Shown here: piece after piece, positions 12,807 through 32,000 of the stretch | How the letters are laid out: each line of letters begins with the position of its first letter | Position numbering within the stretch: position 1 is the stretch's first letter | NCBI RefSeq assembly: GCF_000009045.1 | Contig: NC_000964.3 | Coordinates: 120,001 to 152,000, forward strand | Origin: Bacillus subtilis subsp. subtilis str. 168 | GTDB taxonomy: Bacteria; Bacillota; Bacilli; Bacillales; Bacillaceae | DNA: 32,000 nucleotides | Reading direction: 5' to 3' | The notes under the pieces: model-generated | Seen by the model: only the letters and a program-made list of their open reading frames with translations | The model's database searches: none | What the model was told of the DNA's origin: nothing | Made by a program: the position numbers and the translations under genes

Positions 12807-12834
12807 AGGAAGTGAAAGCTTTCTTTCACTTCCT
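12807..12834 (+). other. Perfect 12-bp RNA hairpin in the fusA-tufA spacer
   Basis: AGGAAGTGAAAG (12807-12818) / CTTTCACTTCCT (12823-12834) with loop CTTT. No T-run follows, so it is not a canonical terminator. Confidence 0.8.
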
Positions 12835-12881
12835 ATCACTCTATACATTACTAATTAAAAGCTCTTAAGGAGGATTTTAGA

Positions 12882-14072
12882 ATGGCTAAAGAAAAATTCG
12901 ACCGTTCCAAATCACATGCCAATATTGGTACAATTGGACACGTTGACCATGGTAAAACAACTTTAACTGCTGCTATCACAACAGTACTTCATAAGAAATC
13001 TGGTAAAGGTACAGCTATGGCGTACGATCAAATTGATGGTGCTCCAGAAGAACGCGAGCGCGGTATCACAATCTCTACTGCACACGTTGAGTACGAAACT
13101 GAAACTCGTCACTATGCACACGTTGACTGCCCAGGACACGCTGACTATGTTAAAAACATGATCACTGGTGCTGCGCAAATGGACGGAGCTATCCTTGTAG
13201 TATCTGCTGCTGATGGCCCAATGCCACAAACTCGTGAGCACATCCTTCTTTCTAAAAACGTTGGTGTACCATACATCGTTGTATTCTTAAACAAATGCGA
13301 CATGGTAGACGACGAAGAGCTTCTTGAACTAGTTGAAATGGAAGTTCGCGATCTTCTTAGCGAATACGACTTCCCTGGTGATGATGTACCAGTTGTTAAA
13401 GGTTCTGCTCTTAAAGCTCTTGAAGGAGACGCTGAGTGGGAAGCTAAAATCTTCGAACTTATGGATGCGGTTGATGAGTACATCCCAACTCCAGAACGCG
13501 ACACTGAAAAACCATTCATGATGCCAGTTGAGGACGTATTCTCAATCACTGGTCGTGGTACAGTTGCTACTGGCCGTGTAGAACGCGGACAAGTTAAAGT
13601 CGGTGACGAAGTTGAAATCATCGGTCTTCAAGAAGAGAACAAGAAAACAACTGTTACAGGTGTTGAAATGTTCCGTAAGCTTCTTGATTACGCTGAAGCT
13701 GGTGACAACATTGGTGCCCTTCTTCGCGGTGTATCTCGTGAAGAAATCCAACGTGGTCAAGTACTTGCTAAACCAGGTACAATCACTCCACACAGCAAAT
13801 TCAAAGCTGAAGTTTACGTTCTTTCTAAAGAAGAGGGTGGACGTCATACTCCATTCTTCTCTAACTACCGTCCTCAGTTCTACTTCCGTACAACTGACGT
13901 AACTGGTATCATCCATCTTCCAGAAGGCGTAGAAATGGTTATGCCTGGAGATAACACTGAAATGAACGTTGAACTTATTTCTACAATCGCTATCGAAGAA
14001 GGAACTCGTTTCTCTATTCGTGAAGGCGGACGTACTGTTGGTTCAGGCGTTGTTTCTACAATCACTGAGTAA
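12882..14072 (+). CDS. tufA: Elongation factor Tu
   Basis: 396-aa [27 protein letters not shown]... with DCPGH and NKCD motifs. AAGGAGG SD. Confidence 0.99.
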   Translation: MAKEKFDRSKSHANIGTIGHVDHGKTTLTAAITTVLHKKSGKGTAMAYDQIDGAPEERERGITISTAHVEYETETRHYAHVDCPGHADYVKNMITGAAQMDGAILVVSAADGPMPQTREHILLSKNVGVPYIVVFLNKCDMVDDEELLELVEMEVRDLLSEYDFPGDDVPVVKGSALKALEGDAEWEAKIFELMDAVDEYIPTPERDTEKPFMMPVEDVFSITGRGTVATGRVERGQVKVGDEVEIIGLQEENKKTTVTGVEMFRKLLDYAEAGDNIGALLRGVSREEIQRGQVLAKPGTITPHSKFKAEVYVLSKEEGGRHTPFFSNYRPQFYFRTTDVTGIIHLPEGVEMVMPGDNTEMNVELISTIAIEEGTRFSIREGGRTVGSGVVSTITE

Positions 14073-14087
14073 TAGTATGGTTTTAAA

Positions 14088-14114
14088 CGAGACCCCTGTG
14101 GGTCTCGTTTTTTG
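14088..14114 (+). terminator. Intrinsic terminator of the str operon
   Basis: Stem CGAGACCC (14088-14095) / GGGTCTCG (14100-14107), loop CTGT, followed by TTTTTT (14108-14113). Confidence 0.9.
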
Positions 14115-14139
14115 TTTGCTTATCTTTTTCTTGTATAAT
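14112..14139 (+). promoter_or_regulatory. Candidate ybaC promoter (TTGTTT-16 nt-TATAAT)
   Basis: Perfect -10 TATAAT at 14134-14139 with a weak -35, 32 nt upstream of the ybaC ATG. Confidence 0.4.
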
Positions 14140-14170
14140 AGGATCTATCATATTCGAGGGGTTAATATTT

Positions 14171-15127
14171 ATGATTCCTGAAAAGAAATCAATCGCAATC
14201 ATGAAAGAACTAAGCATTGGAAATACAAAGCAAATGCTGATGATTAATGGAGTTGACGTGAAAAATCCATTGCTGCTTTTTTTACATGGCGGGCCGGGAA
14301 CGCCGCAAATCGGATATGTTAGACATTATCAAAAAGAGCTGGAACAGTATTTTACAGTAGTTCATTGGGATCAGAGAGGATCGGGGCTTTCTTATTCTAA
14401 GCGAATTTCGCATCACTCTATGACAATAAATCACTTCATTAAAGATACAATCCAAGTCACTCAATGGCTTTTAGCTCATTTTTCAAAATCAAAACTTTAC
14501 CTAGCCGGTCATTCTTGGGGATCAATACTGGCGCTTCATGTGCTGCAGCAGCGTCCTGATTTATTTTACACGTATTATGGAATCAGCCAGGTTGTTAACC
14601 CGCAAGATGAAGAATCAACTGCTTATCAACATATTCGTGAAATTTCCGAATCAAAAAAAGCCAGCATATTATCTTTCCTTACACGTTTCATTGGTGCTCC
14701 GCCTTGGAAGCAGGATATCCAGCACCTTATCTATCGGTTTTGTGTTGAGCTAACCAGGGGAGGATTCACTCACCGTCATCGTCAATCTCTCGCTGTATTA
14801 TTTCAAATGCTTACTGGCAATGAGTATGGAGTGCGGAACATGCACAGCTTCCTTAATGGATTGCGCTTCAGTAAAAAACATTTAACTGATGAGTTGTACC
14901 GGTTTAATGCTTTTACATCAGTTCCTTCTATTAAAGTACCGTGTGTTTTCATTTCAGGGAAACATGACTTAATTGTTCCTGCAGAAATATCGAAACAGTA
15001 TTATCAAGAACTTGAGGCACCTGAAAAGCGCTGGTTTCAATTTGAGAATTCAGCTCACACCCCGCATATTGAGGAGCCATCATTATTCGCGAACACATTA
15101 AGTCGGCATGCACGACACCATTTATGA
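14171..15127 (+). CDS. ybaC: Alpha/beta-fold hydrolase, proline-iminopeptidase-like (S33 family)
   Basis: 318-aa ORF with the HGGPG oxyanion motif (aa 39-43), the nucleophile elbow GHSWGS, and late Asp/His candidates (GKHDLIVP, SAHTPHIEEP). Same position between tufA and rpsJ as B. subtilis ybaC. Confidence 0.9.
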   Translation: MIPEKKSIAIMKELSIGNTKQMLMINGVDVKNPLLLFLHGGPGTPQIGYVRHYQKELEQYFTVVHWDQRGSGLSYSKRISHHSMTINHFIKDTIQVTQWLLAHFSKSKLYLAGHSWGSILALHVLQQRPDLFYTYYGISQVVNPQDEESTAYQHIREISESKKASILSFLTRFIGAPPWKQDIQHLIYRFCVELTRGGFTHRHRQSLAVLFQMLTGNEYGVRNMHSFLNGLRFSKKHLTDELYRFNAFTSVPSIKVPCVFISGKHDLIVPAEISKQYYQELEAPEKRWFQFENSAHTPHIEEPSLFANTLSRHARHHL

Positions 15128-15134
15128 TAGATCC

Positions 15135-15163
15135 TTGATAAATAAGAAAAACCCCTGTATAAT
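15135..15163 (+). promoter_or_regulatory. S10-cluster promoter, upstream copy (TTGATA-17 nt-TATAAT)
   Basis: -35 at 15135-15140, exact 17-nt spacer, -10 at 15158-15163. Two promoters upstream of rpsJ have been reported for B. subtilis. Confidence 0.65.
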
Positions 15164-15201
15164 AAAAAAAGTGTGCAAATCATGCATATTTTAAATAAGT
15201 C

Positions 15202-15230
15202 TTGCAACATGCGCCTATTTTCTGTATAAT
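15202..15230 (+). promoter_or_regulatory. S10-cluster promoter, downstream copy (TTGCAA-17 nt-TATAAT)
   Basis: -35 at 15202-15207, exact 17-nt spacer, -10 at 15225-15230. Shares the 9-mer CTGTATAAT with the upstream promoter. Confidence 0.65.
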
Positions 15231-15259
15231 GGTGTATGTTGGTCTTTGACTGCGATGAA

Positions 15260-15320
15260 GTGAGAGGTTGCTGACACACCCGGCCGCTTTGCCATGGCAA
15301 GGTGTTCAGGTTTTTCTCAC
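15260..15320 (+). promoter_or_regulatory. Extended hairpin with a T-run in the rpsJ leader (possible attenuator or protein-binding RNA)
   Basis: Inner helix 15271-15280 / 15301-15309 (9 bp, one bulged C). Apical TTGC/GCAA helix around a CATG loop. TTTTT at 15311-15315. Outer helix GTGAGAGG (15260-15267) / TTTTCTCAC region (15313-15320). Paired by eye only. Confidence 0.5.
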
Positions 15321-15339
15321 GGAGAACTGTCTAACGTGA

Positions 15340-15672
<333 letters not shown>

Positions 15673-15708
15673 TTCTAAAATATAGAATGATCTTAATAGG
15701 AGGTGTGA

Positions 15709-16341
<633 letters not shown>

Positions 16342-16350
16342 TTCTCTTAG

Positions 16351-17279
<929 letters not shown>

Positions 17280-17289
17280 TTATCTGTAA

Positions 17290-18480
<1,191 letters not shown>

Positions 18481-18493
18481 GAGAGGAGGCTTT

Positions 18494-20124
<1,631 letters not shown>

Positions 20125-20131
20125 TCACTGA

Positions 20132-20410
<279 letters not shown>

Positions 20411-20415
20411 TAAAG

Positions 20416-20435
20416 TTCGGAATTCTTTTTCCGAA
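20416..20435 (+). other. 7-bp hairpin at the S10/spc junction, abutting the rplN SD
   Basis: TTCGGAA (20416-20422) / TTCCGAA (20429-20435), loop TTCTTT. The GGGAGG SD of rplN starts at 20436. Confidence 0.6.
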
Positions 20436-20444
20436 GGGAGGTAA

Positions 20445-20819
<375 letters not shown>

Positions 20820-20823
20820 TTGA

Positions 20824-21734
<911 letters not shown>

Positions 21735-21741
21735 TCAATGA

Positions 21742-22372
<631 letters not shown>

Positions 22373-22386
22373 GAAGTTTAACATGA

Positions 22387-22941
<555 letters not shown>

Positions 22942-22970
22942 GATCGCTTAAAGTGAAGAAAGGAGTGACC

Positions 22971-23336
<366 letters not shown>

Positions 23337-23339
23337 TAA

Positions 23340-24054
<715 letters not shown>

Positions 24055-24072
24055 AAATATTTGATCGGATAA

Positions 24073-24525
<453 letters not shown>

Positions 24526-24526
24526 C

Positions 24527-25822
24527 TTGTTTAAAACAATCTCCAACTTTATGCGTGTGAGTGATATCAGGAATAAAATCATATTCACTTTACTCATGCT
24601 TATCGTCTTTCGCATAGGTGCGTTTATTCCTGTGCCTTACGTTAACGCTGAAGCGTTACAGGCACAGTCTCAAATGGGTGTTTTTGATCTCCTTAATACA
24701 TTTGGCGGCGGTGCGCTTTACCAATTTTCCATTTTCGCAATGGGAATTACTCCTTATATCACGGCTTCGATCATCATTCAGCTGCTTCAGATGGATGTGG
24801 TACCGAAGTTTACCGAGTGGTCTAAGCAAGGTGAAGTTGGCCGCCGTAAATTAGCTCAGTTCACAAGGTACTTTACGATTGTGCTTGGTTTCATCCAAGC
24901 GTTAGGTATGTCATATGGATTCAACAATCTGGCAAACGGTATGCTGATCGAAAAATCCGGTGTATCGACATATCTTATCATTGCTTTAGTGCTCACTGGC
25001 GGAACTGCCTTTTTAATGTGGCTTGGGGAACAAATTACTTCTCATGGAGTAGGCAACGGAATATCGATCATTATCTTCGCGGGGATTGTGTCTAGTATTC
25101 CAAAAACAATTGGGCAAATATATGAGACTCAATTTGTCGGCAGCAACGATCAGTTGTTTATTCATATTGTGAAAGTCGCACTTCTTGTGATTGCGATTTT
25201 AGCAGTTATTGTTGGAGTTATTTTCATTCAGCAAGCCGTACGGAAAATTGCGATTCAATATGCTAAAGGCACAGGTCGTTCACCTGCTGGCGGAGGTCAG
25301 TCTACACACCTTCCATTGAAAGTGAATCCTGCAGGGGTTATTCCGGTAATCTTTGCGGTTGCGTTTTTGATAACGCCGCGGACGATCGCGTCATTCTTTG
25401 GAACAAACGATGTGACAAAGTGGATTCAAAACAACTTTGATAATACGCATCCGGTGGGTATGGCGATATATGTTGCGTTGATTATTGCCTTTACGTACTT
25501 TTATGCTTTTGTACAGGTAAACCCTGAACAAATGGCTGATAACCTTAAAAAACAGGGTGGCTATATCCCGGGGGTTCGTCCAGGGAAAATGACTCAAGAT
25601 AGAATTACGAGCATTTTGTATCGACTTACGTTTGTGGGTTCTATATTCTTAGCCGTGATTTCCATTCTTCCTATCTTTTTCATTCAATTCGCTGGATTGC
25701 CTCAAAGTGCACAAATTGGCGGAACATCTTTGTTAATTGTTGTCGGGGTAGCCTTGGAGACAATGAAACAACTAGAAAGCCAGTTGGTGAAACGAAACTA
25801 CCGTGGATTTATGAAAAACTAG
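24527..25822 (+). CDS. secY: Preprotein translocase subunit SecY
   Basis: 431-aa polytopic membrane protein ([20 protein letters not shown]...). TTG start 1 nt after the rplO stop. The SD-like GAGGTGA lies inside the rplO 3' end. Confidence 0.98.
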   Translation: MFKTISNFMRVSDIRNKIIFTLLMLIVFRIGAFIPVPYVNAEALQAQSQMGVFDLLNTFGGGALYQFSIFAMGITPYITASIIIQLLQMDVVPKFTEWSKQGEVGRRKLAQFTRYFTIVLGFIQALGMSYGFNNLANGMLIEKSGVSTYLIIALVLTGGTAFLMWLGEQITSHGVGNGISIIIFAGIVSSIPKTIGQIYETQFVGSNDQLFIHIVKVALLVIAILAVIVGVIFIQQAVRKIAIQYAKGTGRSPAGGGQSTHLPLKVNPAGVIPVIFAVAFLITPRTIASFFGTNDVTKWIQNNFDNTHPVGMAIYVALIIAFTYFYAFVQVNPEQMADNLKKQGGYIPGVRPGKMTQDRITSILYRLTFVGSIFLAVISILPIFFIQFAGLPQSAQIGGTSLLIVVGVALETMKQLESQLVKRNYRGFMKN

Positions 25823-27273
<1,451 letters not shown>

Positions 27274-27311
27274 ATGATGAAAATAATTCCGAAGACAGAT
27301 GTTTTTCAAGC

Positions 27312-27536
27312 TTGATAGGGCAGAAAGCTTGGGTGAACATTGGCAAGACCGAATTCATCTTGCTTCTTGTCGTTGGAATTTTAACCATCATCAATGTACT
27401 AACAGCAGACGGAGAAAAGCGTACATTTCATTCTCCTAAGAAAAAGAATATCAATCATTTAACCCTTTATGATTGCGTATCTCCGGAAGTTCAGAACAGT
27501 ATAAACGAAACAGGGCGTGTGACAAACTTCTTTTGA
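27312..27536 (+). CDS. ybzG: Small hypothetical protein, possibly a degenerate KOW-like (L14E-like) RNA-binding protein
   Basis: 74-codon ORF with a TTG start and no recognisable SD. From memory, the C-terminal half (ADGEKRTFHSPKKKNINHL...SPEVQNSINETGRVTN) resembles the small KOW-domain proteins found between map and infA in Bacillaceae. Whether it is actually coding is uncertain. Confidence 0.55.
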   Translation: MIGQKAWVNIGKTEFILLLVVGILTIINVLTADGEKRTFHSPKKKNINHLTLYDCVSPEVQNSINETGRVTNFF

Positions 27537-27584
27537 AATTTGTCAGAAAGCAAGTTACTGATTTGAAGAAGGGAGAACACTTGA

Positions 27585-27803
27585 ATGGCGAAAGACGATG
27601 TAATTGAAGTGGAAGGTACTATAGTCGAAACACTGCCAAACGCGATGTTCAAAGTTGAACTTGAAAATGGCCACACTGTTTTGGCTCATGTATCTGGTAA
27701 AATCCGCATGCACTTCATTCGCATTTTACCTGGAGACAAAGTTACGGTAGAATTATCTCCATATGACTTAACTCGTGGCAGGATTACGTACCGTTACAAA
27801 TAA
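27585..27803 (+). CDS. infA: Translation initiation factor IF-1
   Basis: 72-aa [30 protein letters not shown]... with GGGAG SD 9 nt upstream. Confidence 0.99.
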   Translation: MAKDDVIEVEGTIVETLPNAMFKVELENGHTVLAHVSGKIRMHFIRILPGDKVTVELSPYDLTRGRITYRYK

Positions 27804-27950
<147 letters not shown>

Positions 27951-27957
27951 TTTATAA

Positions 27958-28338
<381 letters not shown>

Positions 28339-28355
28339 GTAAGGGAGGTTCTTAA

Positions 28356-28754
<399 letters not shown>

Positions 28755-28930
28755 TTTGTTTGTATAGATTTTGTGTCCCTGTCAATAATGGGTTATGATA
28801 CAGTTATTTATGAAACGAATGCACCGACTCGTTGCCTGAGCACATACGGGACTAAACAATGGGGAATTTCGGATGGAATCTCATATGATTCTATTCGAGG
28901 TTTCGACGTTTTGAAGGAGGGTTTTAAGTA

Positions 28931-29875
28931 ATGATCGAGATTGAAAAACCAAAAATCGAAACGGTTGAAATCAGCGACGATGCCAAATTTGGTAAGTTTG
29001 TCGTAGAGCCACTTGAGCGTGGATATGGTACAACTCTGGGTAACTCCTTACGTCGTATCCTCTTATCCTCACTCCCTGGTGCCGCTGTAACATCAATCCA
29101 GATAGATGGTGTACTGCACGAATTCTCGACAATTGAAGGCGTTGTGGAAGATGTTACAACGATTATCTTACACATTAAAAAGCTTGCATTGAAAATCTAC
29201 TCTGATGAAGAGAAGACGCTAGAAATTGATGTACAGGGTGAAGGAACTGTAACGGCAGCTGATATTACACACGATAGTGATGTAGAGATCTTAAATCCTG
29301 ATCTTCATATCGCGACTCTTGGTGAGAATGCGAGTTTCCGAGTTCGCCTTACTGCTCAAAGAGGACGTGGGTATACGCCTGCTGACGCAAACAAGAGAGA
29401 CGATCAGCCAATCGGCGTGATTCCGATCGATTCTATCTATACGCCAGTTTCTCGTGTATCTTATCAGGTAGAGAACACTCGTGTAGGCCAAGTTGCAAAC
29501 TATGATAAACTTACACTTGATGTTTGGACTGATGGAAGCACTGGACCGAAAGAAGCAATTGCGCTTGGTTCAAAGATTTTAACTGAACACCTTAATATAT
29601 TCGTTGGTTTAACTGACGAAGCTCAACATGCTGAAATCATGGTTGAAAAAGAAGAAGATCAAAAAGAGAAAGTTCTTGAAATGACAATTGAAGAATTGGA
29701 TCTTTCTGTTCGTTCTTACAACTGCTTAAAGCGTGCGGGTATTAACACGGTTCAAGAGCTTGCGAACAAGACGGAAGAAGATATGATGAAAGTTCGAAAT
29801 CTAGGACGCAAATCACTTGAAGAAGTGAAAGCGAAACTAGAAGAACTTGGACTCGGACTTCGCAAAGACGATTGA
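28931..29875 (+). CDS. rpoA: DNA-directed RNA polymerase alpha subunit
   Basis: 314-aa [33 protein letters not shown]... with a C-terminal domain ([16 protein letters not shown]). GAAGGAGGG SD. Confidence 0.99.
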   Translation: MIEIEKPKIETVEISDDAKFGKFVVEPLERGYGTTLGNSLRRILLSSLPGAAVTSIQIDGVLHEFSTIEGVVEDVTTIILHIKKLALKIYSDEEKTLEIDVQGEGTVTAADITHDSDVEILNPDLHIATLGENASFRVRLTAQRGRGYTPADANKRDDQPIGVIPIDSIYTPVSRVSYQVENTRVGQVANYDKLTLDVWTDGSTGPKEAIALGSKILTEHLNIFVGLTDEAQHAEIMVEKEEDQKEKVLEMTIEELDLSVRSYNCLKRAGINTVQELANKTEEDMMKVRNLGRKSLEEVKAKLEELGLGLRKDD

Positions 29876-29937
29876 CTAGTTTCCCTTGTGAACTAGGATT
29901 TTCGTGTGTTTATTATTCAGAAACAGCATTCCAATAA

Positions 29938-30315
<378 letters not shown>

Positions 30316-30330
30316 TCACATATTTTTGTG

Positions 30331-30386
30331 TATCTAAAGAAGGGCGGGACAGTTTCTAACTGGATCTATGCCCTTTTTTTAGATAC
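30331..30386 (+). terminator. Intrinsic terminator (probably leaky) after rplQ
   Basis: Long imperfect inverted repeat TATCTAAAGAAGGGC (30331-30345) / GCCCTTTTTTTAGATA (30370-30385). It has a GC-rich base and a T7 run, with an inner CAGTT/AACTG mini-hairpin in the loop. Confidence 0.65.
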
Positions 30387-30442
30387 TGCAACTTTTAATA
30401 GAGAGAAAAGCAGAGCATTAGCTGAGAGGAGGCCGGTTTTCC

Positions 30443-31288
30443 ATGAATCAAAATCAGTTGATATCGGTAGAGGATATCGTATTTCGATATCGGAAGGACG
30501 CAGAAAGACGAGCACTAGACGGCGTCTCCCTGCAGGTGTATGAGGGTGAATGGCTTGCAATCGTAGGTCATAACGGTTCAGGGAAATCAACACTGGCCCG
30601 GGCATTGAATGGTTTAATTCTTCCTGAATCAGGCGACATTGAGGTTGCCGGGATTCAATTGACAGAGGAATCTGTTTGGGAAGTGCGTAAGAAGATAGGT
30701 ATGGTCTTTCAAAATCCGGATAACCAATTTGTCGGAACGACTGTTCGCGATGATGTGGCTTTTGGTTTAGAAAACAATGGTGTACCGCGGGAAGAAATGA
30801 TTGAGAGAGTAGACTGGGCAGTAAAACAGGTGAATATGCAAGATTTTCTCGATCAAGAGCCGCACCATCTCTCCGGAGGCCAAAAGCAGAGAGTTGCGAT
30901 TGCGGGGGTTATTGCCGCACGTCCTGATATTATTATCTTAGATGAAGCAACATCCATGCTTGATCCGATCGGGCGAGAAGAAGTGCTTGAAACGGTAAGA
31001 CATTTAAAAGAGCAGGGCATGGCGACTGTCATATCCATTACACATGACCTGAATGAGGCAGCAAAAGCAGACAGGATCATTGTCATGAATGGCGGTAAAA
31101 AATATGCTGAAGGGCCGCCTGAAGAGATTTTTAAATTGAATAAAGAACTTGTTCGAATTGGGCTTGATTTACCCTTCTCATTCCAGCTTAGCCAGCTTTT
31201 AAGAGAAAATGGACTGGCTTTGGAAGAAAACCATTTGACTCAGGAAGGGCTGGTGAAAGAGCTGTGGACATTACAATCAAAGATGTAG
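30443..31288 (+). CDS. ecfA: ECF-transporter ATPase subunit EcfA (ABC ATP-binding protein)
   Basis: 281-aa protein with Walker [10 protein letters not shown], signature LSGGQKQR and Walker [19 protein letters not shown]. Confidence 0.95.
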   Translation: MNQNQLISVEDIVFRYRKDAERRALDGVSLQVYEGEWLAIVGHNGSGKSTLARALNGLILPESGDIEVAGIQLTEESVWEVRKKIGMVFQNPDNQFVGTTVRDDVAFGLENNGVPREEMIERVDWAVKQVNMQDFLDQEPHHLSGGQKQRVAIAGVIAARPDIIILDEATSMLDPIGREEVLETVRHLKEQGMATVISITHDLNEAAKADRIIVMNGGKKYAEGPPEEIFKLNKELVRIGLDLPFSFQLSQLLRENGLALEENHLTQEGLVKELWTLQSKM

Positions 31289-32000
31289 AGCATCGCTATC
31301 AGATGAAGACCCCGTTTGAGCGCCTAGCACTGTATGATATCAATGCATCGATTAAAGAAGGAAGCTACGTAGCCGTTATCGGGCATACAGGCTCTGGCAA
31401 GTCCACTCTTCTACAGCACCTAAATGGTCTCCTGAAGCCGACGAAGGGACAGATATCACTAGGCAGCACTGTCATTCAGGCAGGGAAAAAGAATAAAGAT
31501 CTGAAAAAACTTCGTAAAAAAGTCGGAATCGTTTTCCAATTTCCTGAGCATCAATTATTCGAAGAAACAGTTCTTAAAGATATTTCATTCGGACCGATGA
31601 ACTTTGGTGTTAAAAAAGAAGATGCTGAACAAAAAGCGAGAGAGATGCTGCAGCTTGTAGGTTTATCAGAAGAGCTTTTGGACAGGTCACCCTTTGAATT
31701 AAGCGGGGGACAAATGCGCAGAGTTGCAATTGCCGGCGTACTTGCAATGGACCCTGAAGTGCTTGTTCTGGATGAACCGACTGCAGGATTGGACCCAAGA
31801 GGGCGAAAAGAGATTATGGACATGTTTTATGAGCTTCATCAACGTGGGAACTTGACGACGATCCTTGTGACACACAGCATGGAGGATGCAGCTGCATACG
31901 CTGATGAAATGATTGTTATGCATAAAGGAACGATACAAGCATCAGGCAGTCCGCGTGATCTGTTTTTAAAGGGTGAAGAGATGGCCGGCTGGGGGCTGGA
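31264..32000 (+). CDS. ecfAB: ECF-transporter ATPase subunit EcfA' (5' part; runs off the window)
   Basis: Not in the ORF track because it has no stop in the window. Hand translation from GTG 31264: (M)[47 protein letters not shown]...[14 protein letters not shown]...[11 protein letters not shown]. The frame is open from 31192 and GTG 31264 is the only start-type codon I found by hand, but its SD is weak, so the start is uncertain. Overlaps ecfA by 25 nt. Confidence 0.85.
   Translation, partial: MDITIKDVEHRYQMKTPFERLALYDINASIKEGSYVAVIGHTGSGKSTLLQHLNGLLKPTKGQISLGSTVIQAGKKNKDLKKLRKKVGIVFQFPEHQLFEETVLKDISFGPMNFGVKKEDAEQKAREMLQLVGLSEELLDRSPFELSGGQMRRVAIAGVLAMDPEVLVLDEPTAGLDPRGRKEIMDMFYELHQRGNLTTILVTHSMEDAAAYADEMIVMHKGTIQASGSPRDLFLKGEEMAGWGL

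Noticed and set aside
13145-13621. 158-aa minus-strand ORF antisense to tufA, together with neighbours at 12963-13241, 13542-13916 and 13880-14065.
   Set aside because: It lies entirely inside an unmistakable EF-Tu gene. It has low-complexity Ser/Thr/Arg-rich composition and no SD. Long antisense frames are an expected by-product of strong codon bias in highly expressed genes.
15281-15298. Restriction-site palindromes CGGCCG and CCATGG in the rpsJ leader, and the duplicated AAGCTTG (27308-27314 and 27327-27333) next to GAATTC in ybzG. I considered these as possible cloning scars or engineered sequence.
   Set aside because: The flanking sequence is continuous native-looking DNA with no vector-like or marker sequence. 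The rpsJ palindromes form the apex of a larger hairpin. Six-base palindromes at this density are expected by chance in 32 kb.
29876-29905. CTAGTT/AACTAG 6-bp hairpin followed by GATTTTCG after rpoA, considered as a possible attenuator before rplQ.
   Set aside because: The stem is only 6 bp and AT-rich, with a 9-nt loop and a 4-T run offset from the stem. It is not distinguishable from chance.
30328-30605. ORFs of 71 aa (+) and 79 aa (-) across the rplQ terminator and the ecfA start.
   Set aside because: They run through the terminator hairpin and overlap the clearly genuine ecfA gene. Neither has an SD or a recognisable sequence.

Overview
This window is a core housekeeping locus, and I found no novel, accessory or defence system in it. 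It holds the large ribosomal-protein / RNA-polymerase / translation-factor cluster of a Bacillus. From memory the proteins look identical or nearly identical to B. subtilis 168, but I could not run a search to confirm this. All credible genes are on the + strand, in this order: rplJ-rplL, ybxB (methyltransferase), rpoB-rpoC, ybxF-rpsL-rpsG-fusA-tufA (str operon), ybaC (alpha/beta hydrolase), the S10 block (rpsJ to rpsQ), the spc block (rplN to rplO, secY, adk, map), ybzG, infA-rpmJ-rpsM-rpsK-rpoA-rplQ (alpha block), then ecfA and the 5' part of ecfAB. For about ten genes I moved the start downstream of the six-frame ORF start to the codon with a properly spaced GGAGG-type Shine-Dalgarno (SD). 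rpmD and rpmJ are shorter than the ORF-track cutoff, so I added them by hand. I see no rRNA or tRNA genes, CRISPR arrays, transposases, integrases or long repeats. The findings are therefore modest, and all concern non-coding spacers and three non-ribosomal passenger genes: (1) a structured, terminator-like leader behind tandem promoters upstream of rpsJ; (2) a 176-nt rpsK-rpoA spacer with a 47-codon ORF ending in TAATG at the rpoA start; (3) ybzG, which has no visible initiation signal; (4) a perfect hairpin upstream of tufA; (5) a long rpoB leader. All structure and promoter calls were made by eye and need computational or experimental confirmation.
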